A stretch of 32,000 nucleotides of DNA from Erysipelotrichaceae bacterium (GTDB lineage Bacteria; Bacillota_I; Bacilli_A; Erysipelotrichales; Erysipelotrichaceae). Both the position numbers and the translations under genes were made by a program. Where the stretch lies: positions 1,770,001 through 1,802,000 of the forward strand of contig OY781039.1 in NCBI GenBank assembly GCA_963676105.1, read 5' to 3'. A model generated the notes under the pieces. That model was not told the DNA's origin and made no database searches. It saw only the letters and a list, made by a program, of their open reading frames with translations. This document shows, piece by piece, positions 31,134 to 32,000 of this stretch (positions are counted from its first letter, which is position 1; each line of letters starts with the position of its first letter).

Positions 31134-32000
31134 ATGAAAATTGTTCCTAGTCTAGAAGAAGTTAAAGCGATATCTAATGAAAAAAAATACGATATTGTAC
31201 CGCTTAGTTGTGAGATCTTATCTGACTTCACAACACCTTTAGAAGTCTTAAAAATCTTAAAGAATAAATCTAAACATGCTTTTCTACTTGAGTCTGTTCA
31301 AGGACAAGAAAAATGGGGACGTTATACTTTCTTGGGTTATGATCCTAAGTTTGATTTGAACTGCGTTGATGGAGTCATGAGTATTAAAGATGCATCATCG
31401 AAAACTGATAATCCATCTAAAGTATTAAGAGATATCTTAGCTCAATATAAAAGTCCTCAATTTGATTATCTTCCTTCGTTTACAGGTGGTTTAGTAGGTT
31501 ACTTCTCTTATGATTATATTAACTATGCAGAACCTAGCACTAAAGTTAAAGTCGATGATTCAGAAGGTTTTAAAGATGTTGATTTAATGCTCTTTGATAA
31601 AGTCATTGCTTTTGATAACTTTAGACAAAAAATTATATTAATTGTTAATATCCCACTAAAAAATATTGAAGCTGAATATGCGAAAGCCATTGAGAGTTTA
31701 AAAGCTTTAGTTAAACTCTTAAAAACAGGAAAAAAGATTCAAGAAGAAGCTGGCAAGTTAATGGGAGAAGTTACCCCTTTATTTGATAAAGAACATTTCT
31801 GTACTATGGTTGAAAAAGCAAAGCATTATATCCATGAAGGTGATATCTTCCAAATTGTTTTATCGAATCGTTTAAGTGCTCCGTATACTGGTAGTTTACT
31901 AAATGCCTATCGAGTACTTAGAACCATTAATCCTTCTCCTTATATGTTCTATTTCTCTGGAACAGATGTGGAAGTGGCTGGAGCATCTCCAGAAACATTA
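31134..32000 (+). CDS. trpE: Anthranilate synthase component I (N-terminal part; continues beyond the window)
   Basis: Not in the ORF track (no stop in the window). AAAGAGG RBS. MKIVPSLEEVKAISNEKKYDIVPLSCEILSDFTTPLEVLKILK...AFLLESV...KWGRYTFLGYDP...GGLVGYFSYDY...GDIFQIVLSNR...INPSPYMFYF are TrpE/chorismate-binding signatures. Confidence 0.9.
   Translation, partial: MKIVPSLEEVKAISNEKKYDIVPLSCEILSDFTTPLEVLKILKNKSKHAFLLESVQGQEKWGRYTFLGYDPKFDLNCVDGVMSIKDASSKTDNPSKVLRDILAQYKSPQFDYLPSFTGGLVGYFSYDYINYAEPSTKVKVDDSEGFKDVDLMLFDKVIAFDNFRQKIILIVNIPLKNIEAEYAKAIESLKALVKLLKTGKKIQEEAGKLMGEVTPLFDKEHFCTMVEKAKHYIHEGDIFQIVLSNRLSAPYTGSLLNAYRVLRTINPSPYMFYFSGTDVEVAGASPETL

Noticed and set aside
30740-31231. Minus-strand ORFs 30740-30928 and 30980-31231
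   Set aside because: They overlap the Trp T-box leader (promoter, Stem I, T-box sequence, terminator) and the trpE start. The region is explained by a structured regulatory RNA.
1-32000. Possibility of a Mycoplasma-type code (UGA = Trp), given the low GC and Mollicutes-like gene content
   Set aside because: TGA cleanly terminates the fructokinase (6509-6511), PPC (18466-18468) and GNAT (21625-21627) genes at expected lengths. Conserved Trp positions use TGG and the trp T-box specifier is UGG. The standard code 11 fits.

Overview
Chromosomal window from a low-GC (roughly one-third G+C by eye) Firmicutes/Mollicutes-like bacterium. It uses the standard genetic code: TGA terminates several well-supported genes and Trp is TGG. 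Left to right: a partial Ppx/GppA phosphatase (-). A LacI-controlled sucrose-type locus: LacI, two CUT1 ABC permeases, a lipoprotein solute-binding protein, a PfkB fructokinase and a GH13 amylosucrase-like enzyme, with no ATPase gene. A cation:proton antiporter (-). An exported rhodanese plus a degenerate IS200/Y1-like protein with a DnaA-type HTH. A split AhpF-like pair (TrxR-like flavoprotein plus a double-thioredoxin-fold protein). An intact-looking ~1.8 kb IS3/IS150-type element with an A7 -1 frameshift site. An AT-rich accessory patch with an orphan secreted protein, a 36-aa membrane micro-ORF and three copies of a palindromic repeat. Then an esterase, tRNA-Val/Arg/Ala, a glycine-zipper protein (-), BioY, a PPC/DUF296 protein, tRNA-Thr, a DUF1232 protein, an M20 amidohydrolase, a transglutaminase-like lipoprotein (-), a GNAT, glmS (-) with its ribozyme, and tRNA-Pro/Arg/Leu. 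Next is a compact five-gene operon (two paralogous ATP-grasp ligases, an esterase-D/Fes-like serine hydrolase, a PatB/MalY-type PLP enzyme, DJ-1) bracketed by two near-identical tRNA-Leu genes. The window ends with a HAD hydrolase, a pRiA4b-ORF3-like protein, a Trp T-box leader and the 5' part of trpE. The best candidate for an undescribed system is the tRNA-Leu-bracketed double ATP-grasp operon. Other notable signals: a recurrent '-10 box, 6 nt, ATG' leaderless-mRNA architecture at six genes; all eight tRNAs carry G34/C34 anticodons; and the palindromic repeat family around the orphan secreted-protein cassette. All functional calls come from motif recognition by eye, since no database search was possible.
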